Shown here: positions 29,720 through 39,859 of the stretch, piece after piece
Layout: every line of letters starts with the position of its first letter
How positions within the stretch are numbered: position 1 is the stretch's first letter
Assembly (NCBI GenBank): GCA_943788985.1
Contig: CALSSJ010000010.1
Span: 128,001-192,000, forward strand
DNA from: an uncultured Lentisphaerales bacterium
GTDB lineage: Bacteria > Verrucomicrobiota > Lentisphaeria > JABSQK01 > UBA12247
DNA: 64,000 bases
Reading direction: 5' to 3'
Translations under genes and position numbers: made by a program
Notes under the pieces: generated by a model
What the model saw: the letters and a program-made list of their open reading frames with translations, nothing else
Told to the model about the DNA's origin: nothing
Databases searched by the model: none

Positions 29720-30799
29720 TCAGCCGTCGCCTTCCGCTGGCAACAGAAAGAGATCCTCGGGACGGGCAAAGCAGGTGACCATCTCGCCGACCGCGCGCAT
29801 GGGCGGGTGGAGCTCGAAGGCGCGAATGTGGAAGTCTTGGACGTTCAGGTCCAGCTGCCCGATCTCGCCCAGATAGGTGATGCCGATAATCTCTGCCTCG
29901 AAGCTGTTTTCGCCTTGGGTGATGCCACTCTGTACGGCAAGGGCTTCCGGGCGAATGCAGGCCTGGGCTTTGTCGCCGATGTTGAAGCCTTGGTGATGTA
30001 CACGGGCGCGGAACTCACCGAACGGGTTGGTAACTTGGCAACTCGCACCATCCACCTGGGTGACTTCTGCAGGCAGGCGATTGATGTCTCCGACGAACTC
30101 GGCGACGAACCGGTTGGCGGGCTTGAGGTAGATCTCGCGCGGGGTGCCGACTTGCTGCATGATGCCGCCGTGCATTACGGCGATGCGGTCGGCCATGCTT
30201 AACGCCTCTTTCTGCTCATGCGTGACGTAGACAGAGGTGAGGCCGGCTTCTTTGCAGATTCGCCGCAGCTCGGAGCGCATTAGCTGGCGCAGCTTGGCGT
30301 CGAGATTTGAGAGTGGCTCGTCGAGCAGCAGGACTTTGGGGCGCACGACGATGGCACGGGCCAAGGCCACGCGTTGTTGTTGGCCTCCGGAAAGCGCCGG
30401 TACTCTGCGGTTTGCGAACTCCACAAGTCCTACGACTTCTAGCGCTTCCATGGCTCTTGCCTTGCGTGTCTTGCTGTCTATTCCCTTAATCTGGAGCCCG
30501 AAGAGTACGTTCTCAAGCACGGTCATATGTGGCCAGAGGGCGTAGTTCTGGAAGACGAGGGCAGTCTCTCTTGCTTCGGTAGGCAGCGAGGTGACGTCTT
30601 GCTCGTCAAAGAGGATCTGGCCGTCGTCTGGCTGCAGAAAGCCAGCGATTAGGCGGAGCAGAGTGGTCTTACCACAGCCACTGGGGCCAAGCAGGAAGAA
30701 CATTTCACCGGCACCGATTCTTACGTCGATATTGGAAAGGACCGGTTTGCCTTTCTCATAGGCCTTCTGGACATGCTGAATGGTAACTGTGGTCATCAC
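29720..30799 (-). CDS. ABC transporter ATP-binding protein (PotA/FbpC-like, with TOBE domain)
   Basis: GPSGCGKT, VFQNYALWPH, LSGGQQQR and LLLDEPLSNLD. Confidence 0.95.
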   Translation of the reverse strand: MMTTVTIQHVQKAYEKGKPVLSNIDVRIGAGEMFFLLGPSGCGKTTLLRLIAGFLQPDDGQILFDEQDVTSLPTEARETALVFQNYALWPHMTVLENVLFGLQIKGIDSKTRKARAMEALEVVGLVEFANRRVPALSGGQQQRVALARAIVVRPKVLLLDEPLSNLDAKLRQLMRSELRRICKEAGLTSVYVTHEQKEALSMADRIAVMHGGIMQQVGTPREIYLKPANRFVAEFVGDINRLPAEVTQVDGASCQVTNPFGEFRARVHHQGFNIGDKAQACIRPEALAVQSGITQGENSFEAEIIGITYLGEIGQLDLNVQDFHIRAFELHPPMRAVGEMVTCFARPEDLFLLPAEGDG

Positions 30800-31085
30800 T
30801 CTGCCGTGGGTGTTGGGAAACTTAGGCTACTCTATCGTGCCGTCGTTATTTTTGTAGTCCGAAGGGGCAGTTGCGCTGGATGGTGGGGGCACACGCCGCA
30901 GAAAAATGAATCACTAACAGGCAGCAACGAATTGCCAAATGAAGAGTGGCGTCATCCCCGGCCTTTGCGCATTCGAGATTCGCTGGCTGTTGGATATTCC
31001 CGGGATGCTAGTGTGGCGTGTTACAAGTTCGTTGGAAAATCCGAAATGCCTCTTGCATCGACCGACGAACTTGCGAGATACCACA

Positions 31086-31985
31086 CTAGAAGGAGTAGAC
31101 CAAGAGGGTGTTGTAGGTAGTCTGCATTTCCTTGGCGATGTCAGAGTAGAGATTGCGCAGCTCGAGCCGGAGTTTTAGGGAACCACTGGCGCTTACGGGC
31201 ATGTCGAGTCGGTTCTCAAGTTCGAGCTGGAGGTGATTATCACCCTCGAGCAGCGGGGTGTAGCGGACGGAGCTGGCAAGCTTGCCTTGATTGGACCAGC
31301 GCTGGGTATAGAACAGCCCCATGTCGACACCGGGCTCGGCAGAGCTCTGGCCGTCTTCGTATTCTTCGAAGCGCCAAAGGCTGCCGAGACGGGCTTCGAG
31401 CGAGCGTGGTTTGGCGTCAAAGAGAAAGTAGCCAAGGCCCACGCTGGCAGTGGAACGCAGAGTCAGCTGTTCAATGGCGTCGGTTTCAAGCTCGTTGCGC
31501 ATGTACACGGAGTTGCGCCCACAGAAGCGTGTGTATAAGTCGACGCCGCCGACGAGTTCGTTGTTTACGGCGTCCTCGTCACGCTGGGCGTAGTTCCCAC
31601 GCATGTAGGTCTTGAGGCTCTTGCGGGCAGTCTTCTGCTGGGCGGCAAAGCTGCCATAGACGCGGTTGTACTCGCGCTGGGCGGATTTTCCGGTGACCCC
31701 TGCGCTGATCTCGAAGCGCCAGTTGTCCTTGGTCGCAGCTTTCTTCTGGAGAGGAGAGGATTGAACGACGGCAGTGGCGTTGGCTGGTGAGACTGGCTTG
31801 ATGGCCGCGCGTGGGATATCGAGCAGCCCCAGAAGGGTAGTTTTTAGTTGGACGTGGTCGGCCGTTTGGGCGGTGATCTCGCCATGTAGGACGGTGCCGT
31901 CGCGCAACTGGATGGCTTCGCCAAAGGTGATGCCGGGTAGGAGGAGGATCAGAAGTGCGGTGGTGTGTTTCAAAATGCTTGCCAC
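31086..31985 (-). CDS. DUF481-like outer-membrane beta-barrel protein
   Basis: Signal peptide, alternating beta-strand pattern, GLGY motif and C-terminal YSF. Confidence 0.75.
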   Translation of the reverse strand: MASILKHTTALLILLLPGITFGEAIQLRDGTVLHGEITAQTADHVQLKTTLLGLLDIPRAAIKPVSPANATAVVQSSPLQKKAATKDNWRFEISAGVTGKSAQREYNRVYGSFAAQQKTARKSLKTYMRGNYAQRDEDAVNNELVGGVDLYTRFCGRNSVYMRNELETDAIEQLTLRSTASVGLGYFLFDAKPRSLEARLGSLWRFEEYEDGQSSAEPGVDMGLFYTQRWSNQGKLASSVRYTPLLEGDNHLQLELENRLDMPVSASGSLKLRLELRNLYSDIAKEMQTTYNTLLVYSF

Positions 31986-33040
31986 TGCCAGTATTGGATG
32001 GTGTTCCGGGCAACGGCCGAGACGCGGCTTGTGGGCGCGGCCGGGACGTTGCGCAGGTTGAGTGTGGCTACTACACGCCGTGCAACCGACCCATCGGGAT
32101 ACGCAGCAGTGGTGATAATGGTAAATACAACGGTGGGCGTCTCATCAAACGAGAAAAACTGGGATAATTGGGCATGGAGCTCTTGGCCGAGGCAGTCGCG
32201 CATGTCGTCGGAGATCTGCCGACCCCTGCCGTGGCAGGTGCGAACGATATCAAGTTCGTCTTCGCTTAGTACGGGCATGGTGGCGAGAATGTAGTTCATG
32301 GGAGCGGACCAAAAATCGGTGCGCTGTGGCTGGGGGTCGACGCCGCCGGGAACTCGGTTTCGGGTGTCTTTGGGCGGGATAACACGGAAGTTGTTCCCGG
32401 GAATGGTCTCGTCGAAGTTGTAGCGGCCGGAGGGGTTGATCAGGTGCTGGGCGCCTCTGATCCAGTACATTTCTTCGCGGAACTGCATGGGGCCATTCCG
32501 TGGAAAGCCTTCGAGGCCTAGGCCCTCGTAGTCTTCAAATTCGAGACCTTCTCCGACGGCGGAGTGGACGTCATCGCGGTCGATGTAGTCCAAGTAAGTG
32601 GCAAACATGTCGTCCATCTGGGCACGGCGCTCTTCATCCTCTTCGGCGATGGTGGCGACGATACGCGCTCGGTCGCTGGCCAACCGGTGGATGTTGCGAC
32701 CGCGATTGAGGTCGTAAATCTTGACGTTGGCGATGAGTCCGCCGGGCAAGGTCATGTTGCTGATTCCGGCGCCGGGGACCCACCGGGTGGTGCCGGGTTC
32801 TTCTTCATCGGTGCCCTTCAGGGGGTTACGGAAGTTGTAGGTGGCAGTTAGCCACATGGCCATGGCTGTGGCGGATTCTGCGGCGTACTTGGCCTCAGTG
32901 CGCCGGGTGTGCACGCGCTCGCTGATGGTGGAGATGCGGCCGGCAATCACCATCATGCTGGCGAACAGTGCGTAAAGGAAGACCATGCCCAGCACGATGA
33001 TGAGGGCGATCCCGCGGTTGGCGCGTTTTTGCCTTCTCAT
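31970..33040 (-). CDS. gspK: Type II secretion minor pseudopilin K-like
   Basis: RGIALIIVL leader, DYIDRDD and PRNGPMQFREEM. Confidence 0.8.
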   Translation of the reverse strand: MRRQKRANRGIALIIVLGMVFLYALFASMMVIAGRISTISERVHTRRTEAKYAAESATAMAMWLTATYNFRNPLKGTDEEEPGTTRWVPGAGISNMTLPGGLIANVKIYDLNRGRNIHRLASDRARIVATIAEEDEERRAQMDDMFATYLDYIDRDDVHSAVGEGLEFEDYEGLGLEGFPRNGPMQFREEMYWIRGAQHLINPSGRYNFDETIPGNNFRVIPPKDTRNRVPGGVDPQPQRTDFWSAPMNYILATMPVLSEDELDIVRTCHGRGRQISDDMRDCLGQELHAQLSQFFSFDETPTVVFTIITTAAYPDGSVARRVVATLNLRNVPAAPTSRVSAVARNTIQYWQWQAF

Positions 33041-33741
33041 TGGACAAATTTCCGTTTGTCCATTTCACGAATTCCGTAGTGCTCGAAGAAGCCGGAACCA
33101 GCGGTTCGGCGCAGCCAGCTGTCGGCGCGGCCATCGGCCCATTTGACGCTGAGGCGGACGGCGAGCGGCAGGTAGTCGCGATCTTCCCAGTCATCGACCC
33201 AGTCCAGTGCGTCTTGGTCGAGGTCGAGATAGGTGAAGGCGACGGAGGCGACGTTCTGCGAGAGGACGGATCGCGAGAGGCGCTCGCTGCGCAGGTCTTC
33301 GGGAAACGGGGGCCGGTTGCAATAGTAGGCGACGAGTTCGTCTTCTTCCACGGTAACATGGCAAAATCGAATGCCGCCTTCGCTCTTTTCCCAGCGATGC
33401 TCCTGGCCTACAGGGCCGATACGATTGACCTTGTGCAAGTAGGCAAAGACGGTGTTGGTCGGTTGCCCGTCAAAGTGAATGAGCTCACGGCGCTGGATGC
33501 TCTCCTCATCACTGGGCCAGCGAAAGGGGATGATGTTTGAGAACATGTTATCGATGGCACGGTCGAGCACCAGAATCTCCTCAAACTCGCTCGCCTGGCG
33601 ATGGATGCGTTCCCAGCTCTTCGAGATGGAGTAGGTGCCGAGGAACAATACACTCATCACCATAGAGAGCAGCAGGATGGCGACCAGGACCTCGATCAGG
33701 GTAAAGGCGTGGCGCTTCACAGGTCGTCTTCCGGCAGCCAT
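33037..33741 (-). CDS. gspJ: Type II secretion minor pseudopilin J-like
   Basis: AFTLIEVLVAI and WVDDWEDRDYLPLAVRL. Position in the H-I-J-K order. Confidence 0.75.
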   Translation of the reverse strand: MAAGRRPVKRHAFTLIEVLVAILLLSMVMSVLFLGTYSISKSWERIHRQASEFEEILVLDRAIDNMFSNIIPFRWPSDEESIQRRELIHFDGQPTNTVFAYLHKVNRIGPVGQEHRWEKSEGGIRFCHVTVEEDELVAYYCNRPPFPEDLRSERLSRSVLSQNVASVAFTYLDLDQDALDWVDDWEDRDYLPLAVRLSVKWADGRADSWLRRTAGSGFFEHYGIREMDKRKFVQ

Positions 33742-34109
33742 TTATAAATAATTTGCTCACCGGCGACGTCGCCGATCGAGTTGGTGACCTGGATGGTGTA
33801 GCTAGATAGAACCCAGCCTTGGTACGGGTCGATTGCATATTCCGGGAGACCTTCTTCGATCGGCACCACGGTACAGGAAGCGCTATAGCCACCATGCAAC
33901 AGGTCACCCGGGGCATCTAGCTCGCGTGGATCCTGAAGCAGGTAGTGCTCGATGGCTTGCTCGAGTGCGTGGTGGTCGGCCCAGCGCTCTTGCGCGCGGA
34001 TCAGGTCCAGCTGGGCTTGGGCAGCAATCGCTAGGGTAGTACCAAGTGCAGAGCCAAGGATAGCCACAGCAATCAAAACCTCGACAAGGGTAAACCGGCG
34101 ACGCTTCAT
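33717..34109 (-). CDS. gspI: Type II secretion minor pseudopilin I-like
   Basis: MKRRRFTLVEVLIAVAIL, 130 aa. Position in the block. Confidence 0.7.
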   Translation of the reverse strand: MKRRRFTLVEVLIAVAILGSALGTTLAIAAQAQLDLIRAQERWADHHALEQAIEHYLLQDPRELDAPGDLLHGGYSASCTVVPIEEGLPEYAIDPYQGWVLSSYTIQVTNSIGDVAGEQIIYKWLPEDDL

Positions 34110-34111
34110 GC

Positions 34112-34645
34112 TCAATAGTACCCCTTTTTCTCGATAACAATCGGTCGGCCAGTCAGTGCGTCGACACTTACCTCGATGCGATCGATGCCGATCAGTAAGG
34201 GCACTACTGGGCCGGATGCCTCGCCGCTCGGGAAGAAGTGGAAGATGGCCTGGCTGTCCTCCCAGTAGCGGTCCAACGAGGCTTCGTCTAGGACTAGGTC
34301 TTTCGGCAGATCGAAGCTGCTGTATTTCCTGAAATGGTCGGCGACCGGGCCTTCCGCCTTCTTTTCCGTCTTGACGGTCCATTTGGGGCCATTGCTAACC
34401 TCGCTGATTGTGGCCTTGTGTGCGTTGATATCCAGAACCAGCTTGGTCTGTGAGCCGCTGGCCACTGCTCGGTTCATCGCAGTATGCAAGGCAATGTTCA
34501 GGCTCTTGAGGGTTTGTGTTTTTTGAATGTGATAAGGGACGTAGCCCATGCGTGGGATGGCGATCCCCAGCACGAGGGCGATGAGAGTCATCACGATAAG
34601 GAGCTCAAGAAGTGAAAAATAGCGCTTGCGCAAGGGAGGCGTCAT
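34112..34645 (-). CDS. gspH: Type II secretion minor pseudopilin H / FimT-like
   Basis: YFSLLELLIVM, FFPSGEASG and VDALTG. Confidence 0.75.
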   Translation of the reverse strand: MTPPLRKRYFSLLELLIVMTLIALVLGIAIPRMGYVPYHIQKTQTLKSLNIALHTAMNRAVASGSQTKLVLDINAHKATISEVSNGPKWTVKTEKKAEGPVADHFRKYSSFDLPKDLVLDEASLDRYWEDSQAIFHFFPSGEASGPVVPLLIGIDRIEVSVDALTGRPIVIEKKGYY

Positions 34646-34936
34646 GGGGCGATCGTGGCTGCGTTCAAGGATTCTGATTGGGGTAACCGTGAGTTGGCGA
34701 AAAGCCACGCGTTCCAGCCCCATCGCCGGGAAACTGAGCAGGGGCGTACTCGGGCGTGCACTTCATCGGCCGGAAGGTAGGGCCGCGCGAGCGGCGTGCA
34801 CCATCGCTAGAACGAGTTCGTGCCTGCTGGGCCGCAGGGAGGCTGAGCTGGGAAAGTTAGCAGTTCGCTGATATGCGTGGGCATCGGGAGCCTAGTGAAA
34901 GAGTACATCCCGAATCCTAGCGATGAAGCATTCCCT

Positions 34937-36643
34937 ATGGCGACACAGAAATCCTGGCGCGATCGCATCCTACGCGCAGCTCTGCTGGTGGTGCTGGCGC
35001 ATATTCTGGTGAAGTTTATCAGTCTGGCACAGAACCACTATCTGGGCAGGTTCTTCGACGAAACCGAGCGTGATGTCTTCGTCGCGACCTTCAAGTTTAT
35101 CTTCCTGACCATCTTCCTGGTCGGTGAGGAATCGTTCGGGCCAGTCTTTTTGCCGGCGTTCATGCGTTTCAAGGAGCAGGACGGCGAGCGCGAGGCCTGG
35201 CGCTTTGCCAGTGTCATGTTCAATGGCTATTTCGTGGCCTTGGTGGGGATTGCGTTGGTCCTGATCTTCATGCCCTCGCTGGCTACGGACATCTGCACGC
35301 AATGGGGCCCGGAGAATGCTGCGGAACTCTCGTTGGCACATCGGTTGATTCCGCTGATGGCCCCGGGCCTTGTGGGGATGGGCCTGGGGAGCCTGACCTA
35401 TCTGCTGCTGAACTCGCGCGAGAGCTTCTTCTGGGCTGCAGCGGGGGATGTGGTGGTGAAGGTGGGGATCGTGATCGGGATTCTGTCGGCGGGAGTGCTG
35501 ATGAAGCGCACCGACATGAGTCCGGCGACTGGGCTGGCGCTGGTGATGATCGGGGTCGCAGCTGGCGGCACCTGCAAGCTGCTGACACACATTGTGGCGC
35601 TTGGAGCGGAGCGAAAGCGCTGGCGTCTCACGCTTCGCTGCAAAGGGGTACACCTAAAGTATTTTGCCGTCCTCGTCCTGCCCATGCTGGTGGGCATAAT
35701 CTTCGCCAAGGTCCGTGATGTGTTCAATCACCTCTGGATCCTGTCGGAGTTTAAGGGCCTGATCACGGCCAATGCCTTTGGCAAGACGATCGCAGACAGC
35801 GTGCACTTTCTGGTGCCGTACGCTGTCTCGATCGCGCTGCTTCCCTATTTTTGTATGCTCGCAGAAGGCAGCAACGCCTCCAAATTTGCGGAGATTCTGC
35901 GCAACTCCACGCGGGCCATGCTGTTTGTCTTCGTGCCGCTGAGTCTGGCGCTGGTCGTGGTCTCGTTTCCACTCACGCGCGGGTTTTACGAGGCGGGGAA
36001 GTTCACGGCCGAGCACGTCCGCCCCACTGCAACGGCGAATGCCTGCTATGTGCTGGGGCTGTCCTTTGCCGCTGTGGAATCGGTGCTGATGCAGGCGTTC
36101 TTTTCGAAACGGTCCGTGTGGACGCCGGCGATCATCGGCATGTTCTGCTCTTCGCTGAGCATGGCGCTGTCCTTTATGGGCATCAAGGTTCTCGGCGTGG
36201 CGCCGGTGTATGTGGTGCCTGTGGTGGCCTGCGGCTTTGTGCTGTCACGGTTTGTGAAGGTGTTGTTACTCGGTTGGCTGTTCAATCGCGTAGTCCCGTT
36301 CATTGATCTGCCTGCGATCCGCTCAAGCTTTTTCTCGGTGGGCGCCGTCGGGGCGACTTCGCTATGCGTGGCTCTGGGCTGCTATGGCGGGATTGAATGG
36401 GTGCTGTCGAATGTCAGCCTAGCGGCTCGTGCCTTCGGTGCGCTCGGAAATGTGGGCTATCTGGCACAGAGCGGCGCGATCTGCGCGCTTGCCGCGTGCG
36501 GAGTGATCGCCGTCAGCTACGTGCTGCGCCTAGAGGAGTTGGGCTGGCTGCTTTCATGGGGGGCAGAGAAGTACCCACAGCTGAATCATCCGATTCTTCA
36601 GCATCTTCAGACTCGGTTTGCCGCGGAGCGCGAGCGACCCTAG
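34937..36643 (+). CDS. murJ: Lipid II flippase MurJ (MviN) family
   Basis: Polytopic membrane protein with FGPVFLPAF, SIALLP, FYEAGKFT and QAFFS..WTP. Confidence 0.8.
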   Translation: MATQKSWRDRILRAALLVVLAHILVKFISLAQNHYLGRFFDETERDVFVATFKFIFLTIFLVGEESFGPVFLPAFMRFKEQDGEREAWRFASVMFNGYFVALVGIALVLIFMPSLATDICTQWGPENAAELSLAHRLIPLMAPGLVGMGLGSLTYLLLNSRESFFWAAAGDVVVKVGIVIGILSAGVLMKRTDMSPATGLALVMIGVAAGGTCKLLTHIVALGAERKRWRLTLRCKGVHLKYFAVLVLPMLVGIIFAKVRDVFNHLWILSEFKGLITANAFGKTIADSVHFLVPYAVSIALLPYFCMLAEGSNASKFAEILRNSTRAMLFVFVPLSLALVVVSFPLTRGFYEAGKFTAEHVRPTATANACYVLGLSFAAVESVLMQAFFSKRSVWTPAIIGMFCSSLSMALSFMGIKVLGVAPVYVVPVVACGFVLSRFVKVLLLGWLFNRVVPFIDLPAIRSSFFSVGAVGATSLCVALGCYGGIEWVLSNVSLAARAFGALGNVGYLAQSGAICALAACGVIAVSYVLRLEELGWLLSWGAEKYPQLNHPILQHLQTRFAAERERP

Positions 36644-36650
36644 AAACGCA

Positions 36651-36679
36651 AAAACGCCAGTCGTAATGACTGGCGTCTT
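36651..36679. terminator. Intrinsic terminator between convergent murJ and tRNA
   Basis: aaa-acgccagtc-gtaat-gactggcgt-ctt. The U-tract is on the minus (tRNA) strand. Confidence 0.8.
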
Positions 36680-36693
36680 GGCTGATCGTAAAC

Positions 36694-36768
36694 TGGAGCG
36701 GGCGATGAGATTCGAACCCACGACCCCCACCTTGGCAAGGTGATGCTCTACCACTGAGCTACGCCCGC
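36694..36768 (-). tRNA. tRNA-Gly (GCC)
   Basis: Reverse complement GCGGGCGTAGCTCAGTGGTAGAGCATCACCTTGCCAAGGTGGGGGTCGTGGGTTCGAATCTCATCGCCCGCTCCA folds as a cloverleaf with anticodon GCC and encoded CCA. Confidence 0.98.
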
Positions 36769-36868
36769 TCTCGAGTTAACGGCCAGCACGATACAAAGGA
36801 ATCGCGATCTTTCAAACACGTTCTTAGAAAAGTCTGACCTTTCTTTGGCTGACACCAGCAAGTGCTGG

Positions 36869-38094
36869 TCAACTTGGCGGAGGCGGCGGTCGTTGATTGA
36901 GTCGCTCTTCAAGGTCTTCTTCCAGGCGAGCAATCTCGCGATTAACGCGGGCCAGCCCGCAAAGTGCCGTGCCGTAGTCGATTACGCCAAGGAGCTCGCA
37001 GACGCTCATAAGGATAACGAAATCCGAAGAAGCGAAGTCGATCTTCTGCTGAAATACTACGTGCGTGGACATGCTGGGTGCACGTTCACCACCACTTCAT
37101 CGCCAACCTGGCTCGTCTCAAAGTAGTCGAGGTTGGTGTTGAAATCCTGCCATTGCAGATCCCCGTTCTGATCACGATACTCGAGCGTTACCAGATTTGT
37201 GGGCTCCTTATCTGCGATGATCGCGATCGCCTCATTCCCGTTTTTTAGCGTTGTAGTCCTTCCAGGCTCCACAGCCAAGCCAGGTGCACATGCCTGTCAT
37301 GCCAACCCCGAGGAGCAGTGTCATGCGCAGCAGGCGCATCCAGGTTCTTTTTGCTCGTGCCTCGCTCAATCGCGCCATTGCTTCTTCATCCACCGCCGCT
37401 GCTGGATTGACTCGGTTGCCGAAGCCGTAGAAATACTTCATCGCGAACGTGAAGTAGTGAATGCCTGCTGCGGATTGTGGGATTTGCGTTTCTCCATCGG
37501 TATGCGTAATGCGGACATACCCCAATTTGGAGCCGGACAGTGCTCCAGGTAGCCATTCGAGGTCCTGCCAGCGGGCGCAACTTGAGCGTCTTGCCGACGA
37601 TCTGAATCGCCTGATCGATCCCCGGGAGCGACCACTTCCTGTGTCCACACTAGCGTGTTGTGCTCGAATCGCGGGTGCCGCCGCCGTTCGACCTCAGCGA
37701 GCAGGTCCAGCCCGCCATTCGGGAAGCTACTGGTGGGAATCTCGAGCTTGGGCGTTCCAGCCTTGAGCTTGATCACAAGCTCAAGAGCCCCGTTCATCAG
37801 TTGAAGCAACTCCAACTCGCTGAGGTCCTACCAGGCTAGAGATACGGTGCCACCGCGATGCTCTCGGCGAATCCCGTCGGGAGTGAAGACGAAGGTAGCG
37901 CCTGCTGCCAGCGTGGCGGGAACAGTATAAAGGGCAACGAGAGAGACGAGCGAACCGCAGATAATCGAACGCCACGGCGGTATGGTCATTCCGCGAGCCA
38001 GAAAGACTCCGGCCAGAAAAAAGATTATCAGGACAGCCCAGGAATTCCGAGAAGTCCCTGGCTTCGGCTCAAATCGCTGTTCGCCGTGACTCAC
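36869..38094 (-). pseudogene. Fragmented membrane protein gene(s)
   Basis: ORFs 37828-38094 and 37438-37815 share a frame and are separated by one TAG. Further pieces (37232, 37057, 36869) join by apparent frameshifts. Confidence 0.5.
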
Positions 38095-38852
38095 ACCCTC
38101 TTCTCTCGGTAGATGATGTCAATGGTATTGCGAATGCACTGCTCGTCAGAGACGCCAATGAAGACGGCGTCCGGGAAGCGGACTAAGCTCCGGACATCGG
38201 TTGCGAGGTCCGCAAATAATGTAGCGCGGCTCTGCGGCTCGAGGTTCTCGCGCCGCATCAGGGCGTCGAGGAGCGTCGCCGCCATCTCCGGGGACGTCAA
38301 TTGGCGCAGCCGCGCCGCGAGATGCGGGTAGTCACGCAGTGAATTGTACTTCGGTACCCCAAGTTGGCTGAAGTCCGGCTGCGAGAACCTATTGTTGACG
38401 ATCACGACCGTCCCTGCGGCAAGATCGCCGAGGCGCTGCCCGTGGCGGTTCAGGAGCACGCAAACACCACCGAGCAACCCGGCTACTGGCAGCATATCGA
38501 CCCCACGCAGTAAATTTCGTACGACGACCTGCGGAAAGGACAGCACGTGGCCAGTCTGGTCGACCACCCGCAGCTGCAAAAAGCGCTTGCCCAGAGTCTG
38601 ACCATGCAGGAGCGTTTCGAACAGGATCCCGTAGCCGGTCCAGATGGCGAATCCCGCCAACATCATGGTCGCGCCTGCCAGCGAAGGAAAAACGGAAATC
38701 ACGGCCGTGAGTTGGCTGACGATTGCTGTCACAGCCAGGACCAAGCACAGATCCGTCAACCAAGCCAGGAAGCGCGAAAATGGGCCCGCGATTTGATAGG
38801 CAAAGGTCACCCCATCTTGGGTGCGTATCCGGAGTTTTGGGGCACCGTTCAC
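38091..38852 (-). CDS. RDD family protein
   Basis: AGPFSRFLAWLTD, GQTLGKR, VRNLLRGVD and QRLGDLAAGTVV. GTG start at 38852. Confidence 0.92.
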   Translation of the reverse strand: MNGAPKLRIRTQDGVTFAYQIAGPFSRFLAWLTDLCLVLAVTAIVSQLTAVISVFPSLAGATMMLAGFAIWTGYGILFETLLHGQTLGKRFLQLRVVDQTGHVLSFPQVVVRNLLRGVDMLPVAGLLGGVCVLLNRHGQRLGDLAAGTVVIVNNRFSQPDFSQLGVPKYNSLRDYPHLAARLRQLTSPEMAATLLDALMRRENLEPQSRATLFADLATDVRSLVRFPDAVFIGVSDEQCIRNTIDIIYREKRV

Positions 38853-39859
38853 AACTCGTCCTCCACAGCTGGCAACGGCCGAAAGAGGTACCAGGCAAGC
38901 GCCCCAAGCTCGAGACAACCAAAGGAGATCTTCAGGCTGTACGGAATGATCGGCGCGTGCAGCTGCGAGAAAAATGCCTCGACCAGGCCAGCCCAGATCA
39001 GCATGATAATCAAGGCCCCGACAATGGTGCAGAGCGCCGGTGCGATCAACCGCAGTCGCTCTCTGGCTCGGCGATGGTCTGACCAGCCGATCAGGGCACC
39101 AGCCAGCATCAAGCCACCCTGGCCACCCAACAGGATCGCCGGAATCTCGATCGCACCATGCGGGAGCAGCCAGCCCAGCAGAAATACGCTCTGCCCTTCC
39201 AGAATAAAATCTATGGTGACCAGGCCCAGGATGATCCCGTTGTAGAAGAGCATGATGATCGTCCCGATGCCATAGGTCATCCCCAGGGCGAGAGCACGTA
39301 GCGAGACGCGGATATTGTTGGTCATCAACATCGCCGAGAATTCCGTCATCTGGCCACTGCTGGCGACTTCGGGCGCAGATTCCTCCTGCGCCACGCGTTG
39401 GTCGGGGTCCTGCAGAACATGGTGAAACTGGGCGGGGACGAGCGCGGTCTTGGCTGCTGGCTCGACCACCAACATCACGCCCCCGAACGCGCAGCCTAGG
39501 AACATTGAGAGCGTGGAGATCAGCAAGGCCTTGCGGTGGGTCTGGATTGTGCGCGGGATTCCTGTCCACAACCAGGCACTCACTTGTCGCCGAGTGATTC
39601 GCTCGCGCCGAGTCCCGTGCAACTCGCCGTAAGCGCGCGCGGTCAGCTCGGAGAGATAGGCCCCGGTATCAGGGTCTGCCGAGTACGTCTGAATCTTTGC
39701 GAGGTCCGCAGCGGTTCGCTGGTAGAGGTAGTGAAGGCGCGTGATCTCCTCCAGGCTGCGCTTGGATTGTATGGTGTCTGCCTGCACGCCCAGCATGGCT
39801 TCCAGTTCGGTCCAGAAGGGGCGTTCGCGCTGCACGAATGTGTGTAGATCAAGAATCAC
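38849..39859 (-). CDS. SpoIIM (DUF95) family membrane protein
   Basis: YQRTAADL, TNNIRV, YNG, LPHGAIEIPAI and AGLVEAF. Confidence 0.92.
   Translation of the reverse strand: MILDLHTFVQRERPFWTELEAMLGVQADTIQSKRSLEEITRLHYLYQRTAADLAKIQTYSADPDTGAYLSELTARAYGELHGTRRERITRRQVSAWLWTGIPRTIQTHRKALLISTLSMFLGCAFGGVMLVVEPAAKTALVPAQFHHVLQDPDQRVAQEESAPEVASSGQMTEFSAMLMTNNIRVSLRALALGMTYGIGTIIMLFYNGIILGLVTIDFILEGQSVFLLGWLLPHGAIEIPAILLGGQGGLMLAGALIGWSDHRRARERLRLIAPALCTIVGALIIMLIWAGLVEAFFSQLHAPIIPYSLKISFGCLELGALAWYLFRPLPAVEDEL

Noticed and set aside
36694..38094. tRNA-Gly as an integration site for an island
   Set aside because: I saw no integrase and no duplicated tRNA 3' end. The tRNA 3' side leads straight to a terminator and murJ.
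38091..39569. 492-aa ORF as an extended RDD protein
   Set aside because: The first half overlaps SpoIIM out of frame. GTG 38852, overlapping the SpoIIM stop, is the likely start.
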